From Mycobacteriales bacterium (GTDB lineage Bacteria > Actinomycetota > Actinomycetes > JAFAQI01): 64,000 bases of DNA. The stretch spans positions 48,881-112,880 of the forward strand of contig DATAVE010000113.1 of the NCBI GenBank assembly GCA_036267875.1. The letters are read 5' to 3'. The translations under genes and the position numbers were made by a program. The notes below the pieces were generated by a model, which saw only the letters and a program-made list of their open reading frames with translations, was not told the origin of the DNA and did not search any database. Position 1 is the first letter of the stretch; every line of letters starts with the position of its first letter. Below, piece after piece: positions 37,741-48,210 of the stretch.

Positions 37741-39576
37741 GTGACACGATGGAACGTGCCCATCGCCGAAGTGCAGACGGACCCGGCTCGGATCCGCAAC
37801 TTCTGCATCATCGCGCACATCGACCACGGCAAGTCGACGCTCGCGGACCGCATGCTCGAGATCACGGGGCTGGTCGACGGGCGTCAGATGCGGGCGCAGT
37901 ACCTCGACAAGATGGACATCGAGCGTGAGCGCGGCATCACCATCAAGGCGCAGAACGTCCGCCTTCCCTGGACGATGGATGGCGACGACTACGTCCTGCA
38001 CCTGATCGACACTCCCGGCCACGTCGACTTCTCCTACGAGGTCAGCCGCAGCCTTGCCGCGTGTGAGGGCGCGATCCTGCTGGTGGACGCCGCCCAGGGC
38101 ATCGAGGCACAGACGCTGGCCAACCTGTACCTCGCGATCGAGAACGACCTGACGGTGATCCCGGTGCTCAACAAGATCGACCTGCCGGCCGCTCAGCCGG
38201 AGAAGTACGCCGCGGAGATCGCACGGATCATCGGCTGCGACCCGGACTCGGTGCTTCGGGTCAGCGCGAAGACCGGCGAGGGCGTACGCGCGCTGATCGA
38301 CGCGGTAGTGGCGCAGGTTCCTCATCCCGTCGGCGACCCGGCGGCGCCCGCACGAGCGCTGATCTTCGACTCCGTCTATGACATCTATCGCGGGGTGGTC
38401 TCCTATGTCCGGGTGGTCGACGGCCGGCTGACGACCCGCGACCGCTGCTTGATGATGTCGACGGGTGCTGCACACGAGACCCTCGAGGTCGGCGTCGCGG
38501 CTCCCGACCCGACGCCGACGGCAAGTCTTGGCGTCGGTGAGGTCGGCTACGTGATCTCCGGGGTGAAGGACGTCCGGCAGGCCCGCGTCGGCGACACGAT
38601 CACCACTGCGACGCGGCCCGCAAAGGAGTCTTTGGGGGGTTATCGAAGCCCGCGACCGATGGTCTACTCCGGGCTGTATCCGATCGACGGCAGCGACTAC
38701 CCGCTGCTGCGTGACGCGCTCGACAAGCTTCAGCTCAACGACGCGGCGTTGGTCTACGAGCCCGAGACCTCCACGGCGCTCGGCTTCGGCTTCCGGTGTG
38801 GCTTCCTCGGGCTGCTCCACCTCGAGATCGTCCGCGAGCGACTCGAGCGCGAGTTCGATCTCTCGCTGATCTCGACCGCACCGAACGTCGTCTACCGGGT
38901 CGACATGGAAGACGGCGGGGAGGTCGTCGTGACGAACCCGGCGGACTGGCCGGACGGGAAGATCGGCGGGATCTACGAGCCGGTCGTGGACGCGATGCTC
39001 CTGCTCCCCAACGACTACGTCGGTGCCGTGATGGACCTCTGCCAAACCCGACGTGGATCGTTGAAGGGCATGGACTACCTGTCCGAGGAGCGCGTCGAGC
39101 TGAAGTACACGCTCCCGCTCGGTGAGATCATCTTCGACTTCTTCGACCAGCTGAAGTCGCGGACCCGGGGCTACGCGTCGCTCGACTACGAGCCCGCCGG
39201 CGAGCAGGCGTCCGACCTGGTGAAGGTCGACATCCTGTTGCAGGGTGAGCCGGTCGACGCGTTCAGCGCGATCGTGCACAAGGACAAGGCGTATGCCTAT
39301 GGCACGTCGATGGCGACCAAGTTGCGCGAGCTGATCCCTCGCCAGCAGTTCGAGGTTCCGATCCAGGCCGCGATCGGGTCACGCGTGATCGCTCGCGAGA
39401 ACATCCGAGCGATGCGCAAGGACGTACTTGCCAAGTGCTACGGCGGCGACATCACTCGTAAGCGCAAGCTGCTCGAGAAGCAGAAGGAAGGCAAGAAGCG
39501 GATGAAGATGGTCGGCCGCGTCGAGGTGCCCCAAGAGGCCTTCATCGCCGCGCTGTCCACCAACGCCGCCGACTAA
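37741..39576 (+). CDS. lepA: Elongation factor 4 (LepA)
   Basis: [21 protein letters not shown]1 motif, [12 protein letters not shown], and the LepA-specific C-terminal domain. 611 aa. Confidence 0.97.
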   Translation: MTRWNVPIAEVQTDPARIRNFCIIAHIDHGKSTLADRMLEITGLVDGRQMRAQYLDKMDIERERGITIKAQNVRLPWTMDGDDYVLHLIDTPGHVDFSYEVSRSLAACEGAILLVDAAQGIEAQTLANLYLAIENDLTVIPVLNKIDLPAAQPEKYAAEIARIIGCDPDSVLRVSAKTGEGVRALIDAVVAQVPHPVGDPAAPARALIFDSVYDIYRGVVSYVRVVDGRLTTRDRCLMMSTGAAHETLEVGVAAPDPTPTASLGVGEVGYVISGVKDVRQARVGDTITTATRPAKESLGGYRSPRPMVYSGLYPIDGSDYPLLRDALDKLQLNDAALVYEPETSTALGFGFRCGFLGLLHLEIVRERLEREFDLSLISTAPNVVYRVDMEDGGEVVVTNPADWPDGKIGGIYEPVVDAMLLLPNDYVGAVMDLCQTRRGSLKGMDYLSEERVELKYTLPLGEIIFDFFDQLKSRTRGYASLDYEPAGEQASDLVKVDILLQGEPVDAFSAIVHKDKAYAYGTSMATKLRELIPRQQFEVPIQAAIGSRVIARENIRAMRKDVLAKCYGGDITRKRKLLEKQKEGKKRMKMVGRVEVPQEAFIAALSTNAAD

Positions 39577-39614
39577 CCTTCCCCGAAGTAGCACACGTCC
39601 GGGCGATCCGGCAG

Positions 39615-40556
39615 CTAGCCCAGTCGGGACGAGCCGCGCTTCACCAGTTCCGCGCGGAGGCCATGGATCGGCTCCTCCAGCTCGGCGAACGCCTGTTGAA
39701 TCCGGTCGCTCGCAGGAGTCTCGGGCACCCAGCCGCGCCACGAAATGAGCAGGGTCGCGCTGGCGACGACGAGCCACACGTCGTCTGCTTCAGGCAATGG
39801 CATTGCGTCGGCGTCACGCCAGGCGTCGGCCGCTCGGACCAGCTCCGGACGGGTGCAGCCGATGTAGATACGGATGTCCTCGTCGGTGAACTCTGGCGAG
39901 CGAAGCGTGGCTGCGAGGAGCTCGGTGACGGTTGACCTGACCTCGGCTGTGACTTGGGTCAGATCGAAGCTCGTGTCCGCGATCAAGCGGTTAGACGTCG
40001 TTCCGAGTCGGCCGCGCCATGCGCGCGCCCGAGCGAGGATCTCTGAAATCGTGTCGGACTTGTCATCCGCGTAGTGGTTCATGTCCGTCCACTTCTGCTT
40101 CGCGAGCTCTCGCTTCACCGCGGCGTAGTTCTCGCGGTCGTCGCTGTTGACCCTCAGCCAGTCGCGGAGATCGAGGTAGGCGTCGATTTCCGGCGAGTCC
40201 CAGTCGTAGACGTGGAGGTGGACGTCACGGCTCGGGGTACGAAGCATTCGATGGCCGACCTCCCGGACGCGTAGTAGGAAGCCGGCCTGTTCGAGTGTGG
40301 GCACATACGTCGCCTCGTCATCGACCGTCCGAACGACGAGCAGGACGTCGACGATCGGCTTTGCGGCCAAGCCGCGCACCGAGGTGCTGCCGATGTGCTC
40401 GATGCGTACGGCGACCGAGCCGAGCGCGGCTGCGATCTGCTGCTTCAGGGCGATGAATCGGTCGCGCCAGGCGGGGTCGTAGTCGACGATCGTGATCGTC
40501 ACCGGCTCGCGGCCACCGATCAGGACCGCGTCCAGTTCGGCATCACGGTCGGTCAT
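39615..40556 (-). CDS. GrpB family protein with C-terminal extension
   Basis: The N-terminal ~180 aa match the GrpB/UPF0157 nucleotidyltransferase-like fold (IEHIGSTSVRGLAAKPIVDVLLVV ... HLHV). About 130 extra C-terminal residues of unknown function. Confidence 0.65.
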   Translation of the reverse strand: MTDRDAELDAVLIGGREPVTITIVDYDPAWRDRFIALKQQIAAALGSVAVRIEHIGSTSVRGLAAKPIVDVLLVVRTVDDEATYVPTLEQAGFLLRVREVGHRMLRTPSRDVHLHVYDWDSPEIDAYLDLRDWLRVNSDDRENYAAVKRELAKQKWTDMNHYADDKSDTISEILARARAWRGRLGTTSNRLIADTSFDLTQVTAEVRSTVTELLAATLRSPEFTDEDIRIYIGCTRPELVRAADAWRDADAMPLPEADDVWLVVASATLLISWRGWVPETPASDRIQQAFAELEEPIHGLRAELVKRGSSRLG

Positions 40557-40590
40557 CCCCCGAAGTATCCGCCCAGTGGAGACTGGATGG

Positions 40591-41814
40591 ATGCCGTCGA
40601 CGCTGCCAGAGGGCGATCCTGCTCCGAGTGACGGATCGCTTCCGGCGTCAGCCCTCGACGGACTCGGTCAGCGTCCGTTCGGCGTATACGTCCACGTACC
40701 GTTCTGCGCTTCGCGTTGTGGGTACTGCGATTTCAACACCTACACCGCGAGTGAGCTCGGTGGTGGCGCTTCGCAAGCGGAGTATGCCGACACCGCCGCG
40801 CGGGAGATGGAGCTTGCGGCGAGAGCTCTCGGTCGAGATCGGCCTCGTGCCTCGACCGTGTTCTTCGGCGGTGGGACGCCGACCCTCCTGCCTGCGGCCG
40901 ACCTCAACGCGCTGCTCGGTTGCGTTCACACGATGTTCGGACTTTCGTCTGATGCTGAGGTGACGACGGAGGCGAACCCGGAGTCGGTCAACCCTGCATA
41001 CCTGGCGGAGCTGCGCGCCGGTGGCTTCACCCGGATCAGCTTCGGCATGCAGTCGGCGAGCAGCCGCGTGCTTGCCGTCCTGGATCGCCATCACACCGTC
41101 GGTCGTGCGGCGCAGGCCGTGACGGAGGCCCGTGACGCCGGCTTCGAGCACATCAACGTCGACCTGATCTACGGAGCGCCCGGTGAGACCGACGACGACT
41201 GGCGAGGTTCGTTGGATGCGGCAATCAACAGCGGCGCGGACCACGTCTCGGCGTACTCCCTGATCGTCGAGCCGGGCACTCGCCTGGCCACGAGGGTCGC
41301 GCGTGGCGAGCTGCCGATGACCGACGACGACGTGCTTGCCGACCGCTACGCGATCGCCGACGAGGCGCTTACCAGCGCGGGGTTCGAGTGGTACGAGGTT
41401 TCCAACTGGGCGCGGTCGCCGGGGGCCCGGTCGCGGCACAACCTTCTCTACTGGACTGACGCCGATTGGTGGGGTGTCGGGCCTGGCGCTCACAGTCACG
41501 TCGGCGGGGTGCGGTGGTGGAACGTCAAACACCCTCGCGACTACGCGGCGAAGCTAGGTGCCCTGCAGTCGCCTGCCGCGGCGCGAGAGCTGCTCAGCGA
41601 CGAGGACCGGCGGGTCGAACGGATCATGCTTGCCCTTCGGTTACGCACGGGGCTGACCCTCGCGGAGGTCGATGACCATGCGCGTGCGGCGGCGCAGACG
41701 GCGGCGACCGACGGGCTGCTCGACGAGGTGGCGCTTGATGTTGGCACCGCCGTGCTGACGTTTCGCGGTCGGCTGCTTGCCGACGCAGTCGTCCGTGCGA
41801 TGGTCGGTCCGTGA
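40591..41814 (+). CDS. hemW: Radical SAM heme chaperone HemW (coproporphyrinogen III oxidase-like)
   Basis: Radical SAM CxxxCxxC (VPFCASRCGYCDF) and a HemW-like C-terminal domain. In-frame ATG at 40591; the track ORF start at 40492 overlaps GrpB. Confidence 0.85.
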   Translation: MPSTLPEGDPAPSDGSLPASALDGLGQRPFGVYVHVPFCASRCGYCDFNTYTASELGGGASQAEYADTAAREMELAARALGRDRPRASTVFFGGGTPTLLPAADLNALLGCVHTMFGLSSDAEVTTEANPESVNPAYLAELRAGGFTRISFGMQSASSRVLAVLDRHHTVGRAAQAVTEARDAGFEHINVDLIYGAPGETDDDWRGSLDAAINSGADHVSAYSLIVEPGTRLATRVARGELPMTDDDVLADRYAIADEALTSAGFEWYEVSNWARSPGARSRHNLLYWTDADWWGVGPGAHSHVGGVRWWNVKHPRDYAAKLGALQSPAAARELLSDEDRRVERIMLALRLRTGLTLAEVDDHARAAAQTAATDGLLDEVALDVGTAVLTFRGRLLADAVVRAMVGP

Positions 41815-42479
41815 GGAAGGTCGGCGTGGATGATCGAGTAGCCCAGCGCGACGAGGCGATCAACGGAGCGATCGTCGCGCAACATCGGCTGATCAAGGAC
41901 ATCGCAAACCTCACCGACGAGCAGGCGCACTCGCCGTCGCTGTTACCCGAGTGGTCGGTCGGGCATGTGCTCACCCACATTGCACGCAATGGCGACGCGT
42001 TCGTACGAATGATGAGCGCAGCGATCGAGGGTCGAGCTACTACTCAGTACGAAGGTGGTGCTGAGGGTCGCGCCGCCGGGATCGCAGCCGGGTCGAGCCG
42101 CGCCGCGGCAGCGCTGATCGCCGATGTTGCTGCGAGCGCCGAAAGTGTCGCGGATGTCTGGTCGCGCATGTCGCCGGAGGCATGGGACGGGCACGGGCTC
42201 AATGGCGCTGGCGAGGAGTGGCCTTGCGACGCGATGCCATTCCACCGCTGGCGCGAGGTGATCGTGCATCACGTCGATCTCGGTCTCGGATTCACGACGG
42301 CGGACTGGCCGCTCGACTACGTCGAGCGAGAGCTCGCGGTCAGCTTGCAGCTGCTGCCGGATCGCCTCGATGAACCCGATCGTCGCCAGGTACTCAGCTG
42401 GCTGATCGGTCGCGGCGATCAGCCCACTGACCTGGTGGTCGCGCCGTGGCAGTCGAGACCGGGGTATTACTTCCGCTGA
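41811..42479 (+). CDS. Maleylpyruvate isomerase family mycothiol-dependent enzyme (DinB-like)
   Basis: WSVGHVLTHIARN DinB/MDMPI N-terminal motif. 222 aa. Confidence 0.7.
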   Translation: MRKVGVDDRVAQRDEAINGAIVAQHRLIKDIANLTDEQAHSPSLLPEWSVGHVLTHIARNGDAFVRMMSAAIEGRATTQYEGGAEGRAAGIAAGSSRAAAALIADVAASAESVADVWSRMSPEAWDGHGLNGAGEEWPCDAMPFHRWREVIVHHVDLGLGFTTADWPLDYVERELAVSLQLLPDRLDEPDRRQVLSWLIGRGDQPTDLVVAPWQSRPGYYFR

Positions 42480-42493
42480 CGCGGCGGCCTCCG

Positions 42494-43180
42494 TCAGGCG
42501 GTGCGGCGCCCGCCGGAGGGCTCGACCAGACAGGCAGTGAGCTCGCTTGCCGTTGCGCCCTCTCGCAGCGCAGCGCTCAACGTGCGTAGCGCGAGGGTCA
42601 CGACGTTCTCGGCGTGCTGAAGCTCGACGCGCAGGAACTGGGGCCCGCCGTCGCGCCCGATCACCAGTACCGAACCGAGCGTGGTCAGCGGGAACTGCGC
42701 CCACGCGAGGCCGTCGGTCATGCCGGCGATCGCGCGTACCGGCATGCCGTCCGGTGCAACCTCGTCATGAAGTGGGCCTGTCGTCGGGTACAACGCAGCA
42801 AGTCGTCTCGCCGGGGCGCGCAACTCGGCCCAGTCGCAGTCGAGCGCAGCAGGTGCCATGTCGACGAGCGTTTCGAGTCCCCGCTCCGGGACGGTCAGCA
42901 GATAGGTGAGCAGATCGAGGTCGGCGCGTTCGTCGAGCAGTCGCCGCGAGTTCCGGCAGCTCACCACCTCGACGCCGCGTTCGTTCGCCAAGGCATCGAG
43001 CAACGGCTGATGGTCGGCGCCCTCGGGCCAGCGCAGCCCGAAGTCGTCGATGGCGCGGCCACCCTCTGACTCCAGCACCGAGACCCACAGCACGTCGGCG
43101 CCGCTGGTTGCGATAGTCCGGCTGATGCGCGCCAGGGTGCCGGGCTGGTCCGGCAGGCTGACTCGCAGCTGGATGCCCAT
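42494..43180 (-). CDS. ACT domain-containing protein
   Basis: N-terminal ACT-like ligand-binding fold ([34 protein letters not shown]). Divergent from hrcA. Confidence 0.55.
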   Translation of the reverse strand: MGIQLRVSLPDQPGTLARISRTIATSGADVLWVSVLESEGGRAIDDFGLRWPEGADHQPLLDALANERGVEVVSCRNSRRLLDERADLDLLTYLLTVPERGLETLVDMAPAALDCDWAELRAPARRLAALYPTTGPLHDEVAPDGMPVRAIAGMTDGLAWAQFPLTTLGSVLVIGRDGGPQFLRVELQHAENVVTLALRTLSAALREGATASELTACLVEPSGGRRTA

Positions 43181-43280
43181 TGCCCGCTCCTCTCTTCTCT
43201 GTCGAGCGTCGCGGAAGCGCGTTACGTTCGCATGTCGCTCGCATCACGACGGGCATATGCGCGGTTCGTACGCCGTACAC

Positions 43281-43307
43281 TTGGCACTCGACCGCCCTGA
43301 GTGCCAG
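43281..43307. promoter_or_regulatory. CIRCE operator (TTGGCACTC-N9-GAGTGCCAG), HrcA binding site
   Basis: Matches the TTAGCACTC-N9-GAGTGCTAA consensus with 3 mismatches. Lies 23 nt upstream of the hrcA start. Confidence 0.8.
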
Positions 43308-43329
43308 ACGGTTAGGAGGCGCGCGCAGG

Positions 43330-44355
43330 ATGATCGAGGACCGCAAGCTCGACGTGCTGCGCGCGATCGTCGAGGACTACGTCGCGACGAACGAACCGGT
43401 CGGCTCGAAGACACTGGTGGAGCGACACCGGCTCGGCGTCTCACCGGCCACGATCCGTAACGACATGGCCGCCCTCGAGGAAGAGGGCTACATCACCCAG
43501 CCCCACACGAGTGCGGGCCGGGTGCCGACCGACAAGGGTTACCGGCTGTTCGTCGACAAGCTCTCCACGGTCAAGCCGTTGAGCGGTCCCGAGCGCCGCG
43601 CCATCGAAGGTTTTCTCGCCGGTGCCGTCGGTCTCGATGACGTGGTCAACCGAACCGTGCGGCTGCTGGCTCAACTGACCCGCCAGGTTGCCGTCGTGCA
43701 GTACCCGTCGCTGACTCGGTCGGCGGTGCGCCACCTCGAGATGGTCCGACTCTCCGAGACCCGCTTGATGGTCGTGCTCATCACCGACACCGGACGAGTC
43801 GAGCAGCGAGTCGTCGAGCTGCCGAATGCGCTCGGTGAGGACGACGTCGCGGAGTTGCGGGCACGCATCAACGGGCTGATTGCCGGTCACCAGCTCGCCG
43901 ATGCGCCGACCCTGATGGTCGATCTGCCGGATGCATTCGCTCCGGATGCCAGGGCCAACGTCAGCACGGTGCTCGCGACCGTCCTGGAGACGTTGGTCGA
44001 GCAGGTCGACGAGCGGATAGTCATGGCAGGGACCGCCAACCTTGCGCGTGGCAGCGCGTTGGACTTTGCCGGCTCGATCCGGCCGGTGCTGGAAGCGCTG
44101 GAAGAGCACGTCGTACTGCTGCGGCTGTTCGGCGAGACCGGTGGGCCCCAGTCCGTGCACGTCAGCATTGGCGAGGAGAACCCGCACGAGGGCTTGCGAA
44201 CCGCGTCTGTGGTGTCGACCGGTTATGGCCTCGATGGGGTGAATGCATTCGCCTCGCTCGGGATCATCGGTCCGACGCGGATGGACTATCCGGGGACGAT
44301 GGGCGCAGTGCGCGCAGTGGCCCGCTACGTCGGCCACGTTCTGGCAGAAGGCTGA
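43330..44355 (+). CDS. hrcA: Heat-inducible transcription repressor HrcA
   Basis: Starts [33 protein letters not shown] (winged HTH) with an HrcA C-terminal domain. The track ORF from 43180 is over-extended across the CIRCE element. Confidence 0.95.
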   Translation: MIEDRKLDVLRAIVEDYVATNEPVGSKTLVERHRLGVSPATIRNDMAALEEEGYITQPHTSAGRVPTDKGYRLFVDKLSTVKPLSGPERRAIEGFLAGAVGLDDVVNRTVRLLAQLTRQVAVVQYPSLTRSAVRHLEMVRLSETRLMVVLITDTGRVEQRVVELPNALGEDDVAELRARINGLIAGHQLADAPTLMVDLPDAFAPDARANVSTVLATVLETLVEQVDERIVMAGTANLARGSALDFAGSIRPVLEALEEHVVLLRLFGETGGPQSVHVSIGEENPHEGLRTASVVSTGYGLDGVNAFASLGIIGPTRMDYPGTMGAVRAVARYVGHVLAEG

Positions 44356-44362
44356 GCCGAAC

Positions 44363-45517
44363 GTGCCAGCTACGCGTGACTACTACGCGGTCCTCGGCGT
44401 CTCGCGAACAGCGACGCCGGATGAGATCAAGAAGGCGTACCGCAAGCTTGCCCGCGAGCTTCACCCTGACGTCAACCCGAGCTCCGAGGCGCAGGACAGG
44501 TTCAAGGACGTCACTGCGGCTTACGAGGTGCTGTCGGACCCGCAGAAGCGTCAGATGCATGATCTTGGCGGCGACCCGTTGTCGGCGACTGGTGGCGGCG
44601 CAGGTGCGGCCGGTCCGTTCGGCGGCTTCGCCGACATCATGGACGCGTTCTTCGGCGGTGCCGGTGGCATGGGATCGCGCGGACCTCGTTCGCGGATCCA
44701 GCCAGGTGCCGATGCGCTGATTCGGATCGAGCTCGACCTCGGCGACACCGCCTTCGGCACGACGCGGGACCTCACGCTCGACACCGCGTTGCGCTGCACC
44801 AAGTGCAACGGCGCGGGTACGGCGACTGGCACCCACCCGGAAACCTGTCAGACCTGCAGTGGTCGCGGCGAGGTGCAGTCGGTCCAACGTTCGTTGCTCG
44901 GCCAGATCGTGACGGCGCGTCCGTGCCCCGACTGCGGCGGGTTCGGCACCAAGATCCGCAACCCTTGTCCGGACTGTGCCGGCGACGGCCGAGTGCGCGC
45001 CCGGCGCACCGTGACCGTGAAGGTCCCGGCCGGAGTCGAGGACGGTATGCGGCTACGGCTTGCTGGCGAAGGTGAGGTCGGCCCCGGCGGTGGACCGGCA
45101 GGCAGTCTCTACGTCGAGATCCACGAACGCACGCACCCGTCGTTCGTGCGTGACGGTGACGACCTGCACTGCAAGGTCGAGGTGCCGATGACGGCCGCGG
45201 CCCTCGGCACCGAGGTCAAGCTCACGACCCTCGACGGCGAGGAACGACTGGTCGTCAAGCCCGGTACTCAGTCCGGCAGTGTCACAACGCTGCGGGGTCG
45301 CGGCGTACCGCATCTCAATCGTGGGGTCGGCCGGGGCGACATCCATATCCACTACGACGTGGTCACGCCGACCAAGCTTGATGATGAGCAGGAGAAGTTG
45401 CTCCGCGATCTGGCCAAGGCCCGTGGTGAGGAGCAGCCGGAGATCACCGTCACGAACCCGGCAACCGCGAACGGTGGCTCAGGCCTGTTCTCGCGCCTCC
45501 GCGACGCCTTCAAGTAA
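44363..45517 (+). CDS. dnaJ: Molecular chaperone DnaJ
   Basis: J-domain (YYAVLGV...HPD), G/F region, four CxxCxG zinc-finger repeats, and the C-terminal domain. GTG start 8 nt after the hrcA stop. Confidence 0.95.
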   Translation: MPATRDYYAVLGVSRTATPDEIKKAYRKLARELHPDVNPSSEAQDRFKDVTAAYEVLSDPQKRQMHDLGGDPLSATGGGAGAAGPFGGFADIMDAFFGGAGGMGSRGPRSRIQPGADALIRIELDLGDTAFGTTRDLTLDTALRCTKCNGAGTATGTHPETCQTCSGRGEVQSVQRSLLGQIVTARPCPDCGGFGTKIRNPCPDCAGDGRVRARRTVTVKVPAGVEDGMRLRLAGEGEVGPGGGPAGSLYVEIHERTHPSFVRDGDDLHCKVEVPMTAAALGTEVKLTTLDGEERLVVKPGTQSGSVTTLRGRGVPHLNRGVGRGDIHIHYDVVTPTKLDDEQEKLLRDLAKARGEEQPEITVTNPATANGGSGLFSRLRDAFK

Positions 45518-45530
45518 TCGACCAACCCGC

Positions 45531-45589
45531 GTGATCATGGCGTTGTTGGCCAACTCGCCCGGCGTGTCTGCCCTGTTCGCCATGATCAC
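45531..45589. repeat. Perfect 12-bp inverted repeat GTGATCATGGCG-N35-CGCCATGATCAC
   Basis: In the 75-nt dnaJ-rsmE intergenic region, ending 3 nt before the rsmE GTG. The spacer contains the palindromic TTGGCCAA. Confidence 0.7.
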
Positions 45590-45592
45590 CGG

Positions 45593-46312
45593 GTGACGCC
45601 TCCATGTTTTCGGGCTCCGTCCGGTTCGACGGGAAGCGAGCAGGTCACCCTTGACGGTCCGGAAGGTCATCACGCGGCTGACGTCCGGCGGCTACGGGTA
45701 GGTGAGGCCCTGTGGCTGACGGACGGGCTCGGAGCTCGCGGGCATGGCACCGTCGAGGCGGTCCGGCGCGGGGAGCTCGACGTGACGATCACCGAGTGGG
45801 TCACCGAGCCAGCGCCCGCGCTGCGTCTGGTCGTTGTGCAGGCGTTGGCCAAGGGCGGTCGCGACGAGGACGCGGTCGAGTCGATGACCGAGATCGGGGT
45901 CGACGAGGTGATCGGCTGGTCGGCATCCCGCAGCGTCGCGAAGTGGACCGAGCGCACCGCGGCCAAGTGGCAGTCAACCGCCGGCGCCGCTGCCCGGCAG
46001 TCACGGCGCAGCTGGTGGCCGTCGGTTGTGGGCCCGCTTTCGACCTCCGAGGTCGCAACGCGGTTGTCAGCTGCCACGCTCGCGTTGGTCCTACATGAGT
46101 CGGCGAGCGAGCAGCTCTCGGCACTCGACCTCCCGATGTCCGGTGAGATCGTCGTCGTGGTCGGACCGGAGGGCGGCATCTCCGACGAGGAGCTCGCGTC
46201 GTTCCAGGCCGCCGGCGCCGACGTCGTACGGCTCGGAGACACGGTGCTGCGCAGCTCGACGGCCGGCGTCGCTGCGCTGTCGGCGATCTGTGCGCGAACC
46301 CGCTGGCGCTGA
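45593..46312 (+). CDS. rsmE: 16S rRNA (uracil1498-N3)-methyltransferase RsmE
   Basis: VTLDGPEGHHAADVRRLRVGE N-terminal PUA-like region and a C-terminal SPOUT knot (VVVGPEGGISDEE). Confidence 0.85.
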   Translation: MTPPCFRAPSGSTGSEQVTLDGPEGHHAADVRRLRVGEALWLTDGLGARGHGTVEAVRRGELDVTITEWVTEPAPALRLVVVQALAKGGRDEDAVESMTEIGVDEVIGWSASRSVAKWTERTAAKWQSTAGAAARQSRRSWWPSVVGPLSTSEVATRLSAATLALVLHESASEQLSALDLPMSGEIVVVVGPEGGISDEELASFQAAGADVVRLGDTVLRSSTAGVAALSAICARTRWR

Positions 46313-46329
46313 CCTCGTACGCTCGCGGC

Positions 46330-46680
46330 ATGAATGATCCGGACTGCGCCTTCTGCAAGATCGTCGCGCGCGAGCTGCCTGCTGACATCGTCGCGGAGTC
46401 CGATACCGCGATCGCGTTCCGCGACCTCGCACCCCAGGCGCCCGTTCACGTACAGGTGATTCCCAAGGAGCACCTGCGTGACGTCGCAGAGGTAGCGGTG
46501 GCGGGAGACGTCGACATAGCCGACCTGTTCCGGCTCGCGGTCGAGGTCGCCTCGATAGAAGGAGTCGCGGAAGGTGGCTACCGGCTGGTGGCCAACACCG
46601 GCGAGGCGGCCTTCCAGACCGTCTTCCACTGCCACGTCCATGTGCTCGGGGGCCGCCCCATGGGTTGGCCGCCCGGATAA
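46330..46680 (+). CDS. HIT family hydrolase
   Basis: CAFCKI zinc-binding motif and the histidine triad HCHVHVLGG. 116 aa. Confidence 0.9.
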   Translation: MNDPDCAFCKIVARELPADIVAESDTAIAFRDLAPQAPVHVQVIPKEHLRDVAEVAVAGDVDIADLFRLAVEVASIEGVAEGGYRLVANTGEAAFQTVFHCHVHVLGGRPMGWPPG

Positions 46681-46693
46681 CCTGGACGTAGAC

Positions 46694-47722
46694 ATGCCAA
46701 CCAGGCCACAGACAAGTACGACGAGCACGCTCATCGTCGTGCCCGGCACTCGCAGCATGGTGACGCTGCTCGGCTCGAGCGACGAGCTGCTTCACCTGAT
46801 CGAGCAGTCCCTGAGCTGCGACGTCCACGTGCGCGGCAACGAGATCACGCTGTCCGGTGCGCCCTATGAGGTCGAGCTCGGTGCTCGGCTGTTCGAGGAG
46901 CTGTTGACACTGCTCGATCGTGGCGGTGTGCTCACCGCGGATGCGGTGTCACGCTCGCTGTCGATGCTCCGCCAGGAGACCACCGAACGCCCGGCCGAGG
47001 TGCTGAGCCTCAACATCCTGTCGAGCCGTGGCAAGACGATCCGGCCGAAGACGCTCAACCAGAAGCGCTACGTCGACACCATCGACGCCCACACGATCGT
47101 CTTCAGCATCGGCCCCGCCGGCACCGGCAAGACTTATCTCGCGATGGCGAAGGCAGTGCAAGCGCTGCAGGCGAAGCAGGTCAACCGGATCATCCTGACC
47201 CGCCCGGCGGTGGAGGCGGGAGAGCGGCTCGGCTTCCTGCCAGGGACGCTGAGCGAGAAGATCGACCCGTACCTTCGCCCGCTGTACGACGCGCTGCACG
47301 ACATGGTCGACCCGGAGTCGATTCCGCGGCTGCTGGCCTCAGGCGTGGTCGAGGTGGCGCCGCTCGCCTACATGCGTGGCCGGTCGTTGAATGATTCGTT
47401 CATCGTGCTCGATGAGGCGCAGAACACCAGCGCCGAGCAGATGAAGATGTTCCTCACCCGCCTCGGCTTCGGCTCGAAGATGGTGGTGACGGGCGACGTA
47501 ACGCAGGTCGACCTGCCGACCGGTACCCGCAGTGGTCTGCGCATGGTGCAGGAGATCCTCGACGGCATCGACGACGTCGCGTTCTGCAAGCTGACGTCGC
47601 AGGACGTGGTGCGGCACAAGCTGGTCAGCGACATTGTCGACGCCTACGCGCGTCACGATGCCGAAGAGGCGGCCGCCGCGCCGGCACAGCCGAAGCGCCG
47701 CACGCCGCGCACCGGCAGCTGA
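46694..47722 (+). CDS. phoH: PhoH family ATPase
   Basis: Walker A GPAGTGKTYLAMA. Start MPTRPQ at 46694; the track ORF from 46574 overlaps the HIT gene. Confidence 0.9.
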   Translation: MPTRPQTSTTSTLIVVPGTRSMVTLLGSSDELLHLIEQSLSCDVHVRGNEITLSGAPYEVELGARLFEELLTLLDRGGVLTADAVSRSLSMLRQETTERPAEVLSLNILSSRGKTIRPKTLNQKRYVDTIDAHTIVFSIGPAGTGKTYLAMAKAVQALQAKQVNRIILTRPAVEAGERLGFLPGTLSEKIDPYLRPLYDALHDMVDPESIPRLLASGVVEVAPLAYMRGRSLNDSFIVLDEAQNTSAEQMKMFLTRLGFGSKMVVTGDVTQVDLPTGTRSGLRMVQEILDGIDDVAFCKLTSQDVVRHKLVSDIVDAYARHDAEEAAAAPAQPKRRTPRTGS

Positions 47723-47724
47723 CG

Positions 47725-48210
47725 ATGAGCATCGAGGTCGCCAACGAGACTGGCGCCGACGTCGACGTACTCCGGATCGAGCGGGTCGCGCGCTATGTAC
47801 TCAACGAGATGGGCGTCAACCCCCTCGTCGAGCTCGCGATCAGGCTGGTCGATGTCGAGGCGATGACCGCGCTGCACGTGCACTTCATGAAGGAACCCGG
47901 ACCGACCGACGTCCTCGCTTTCCCCATGGATGAGCTCGGCGACCAGCGCGACGACCAGGACACCGACCTGCCGCCCACCCTGCTCGGTGACGTCGTGCTT
48001 TGCCCGCCAGTTGCCGAGGCGCAGGCCGCCCAGGCCGGGCACTCGGTCGCCGCCGAGCTCGAGATGCTCTGCACGCACGGGGTGCTGCACCTGCTCGGCT
48101 ACGACCATGGTGACGAGGCCGAGGAACGCGAGATGTTCGGGCTGCAGGCCCAGCTGCTCGAAGGCTGGGCGCAGTCGAACAACCAGCCGACGGACGAACC
48201 CGCGCCATGA
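47725..48210 (+). CDS. ybeY: rRNA maturation RNase YbeY
   Basis: HGVLHLLGYDH zinc-binding motif. 161 aa. Confidence 0.95.
   Translation: MSIEVANETGADVDVLRIERVARYVLNEMGVNPLVELAIRLVDVEAMTALHVHFMKEPGPTDVLAFPMDELGDQRDDQDTDLPPTLLGDVVLCPPVAEAQAAQAGHSVAAELEMLCTHGVLHLLGYDHGDEAEEREMFGLQAQLLEGWAQSNNQPTDEPAP

Noticed and set aside
37651-39279. 542-aa minus ORF
   Set aside because: Antisense to lepA, which has unmistakable GTPase motifs.
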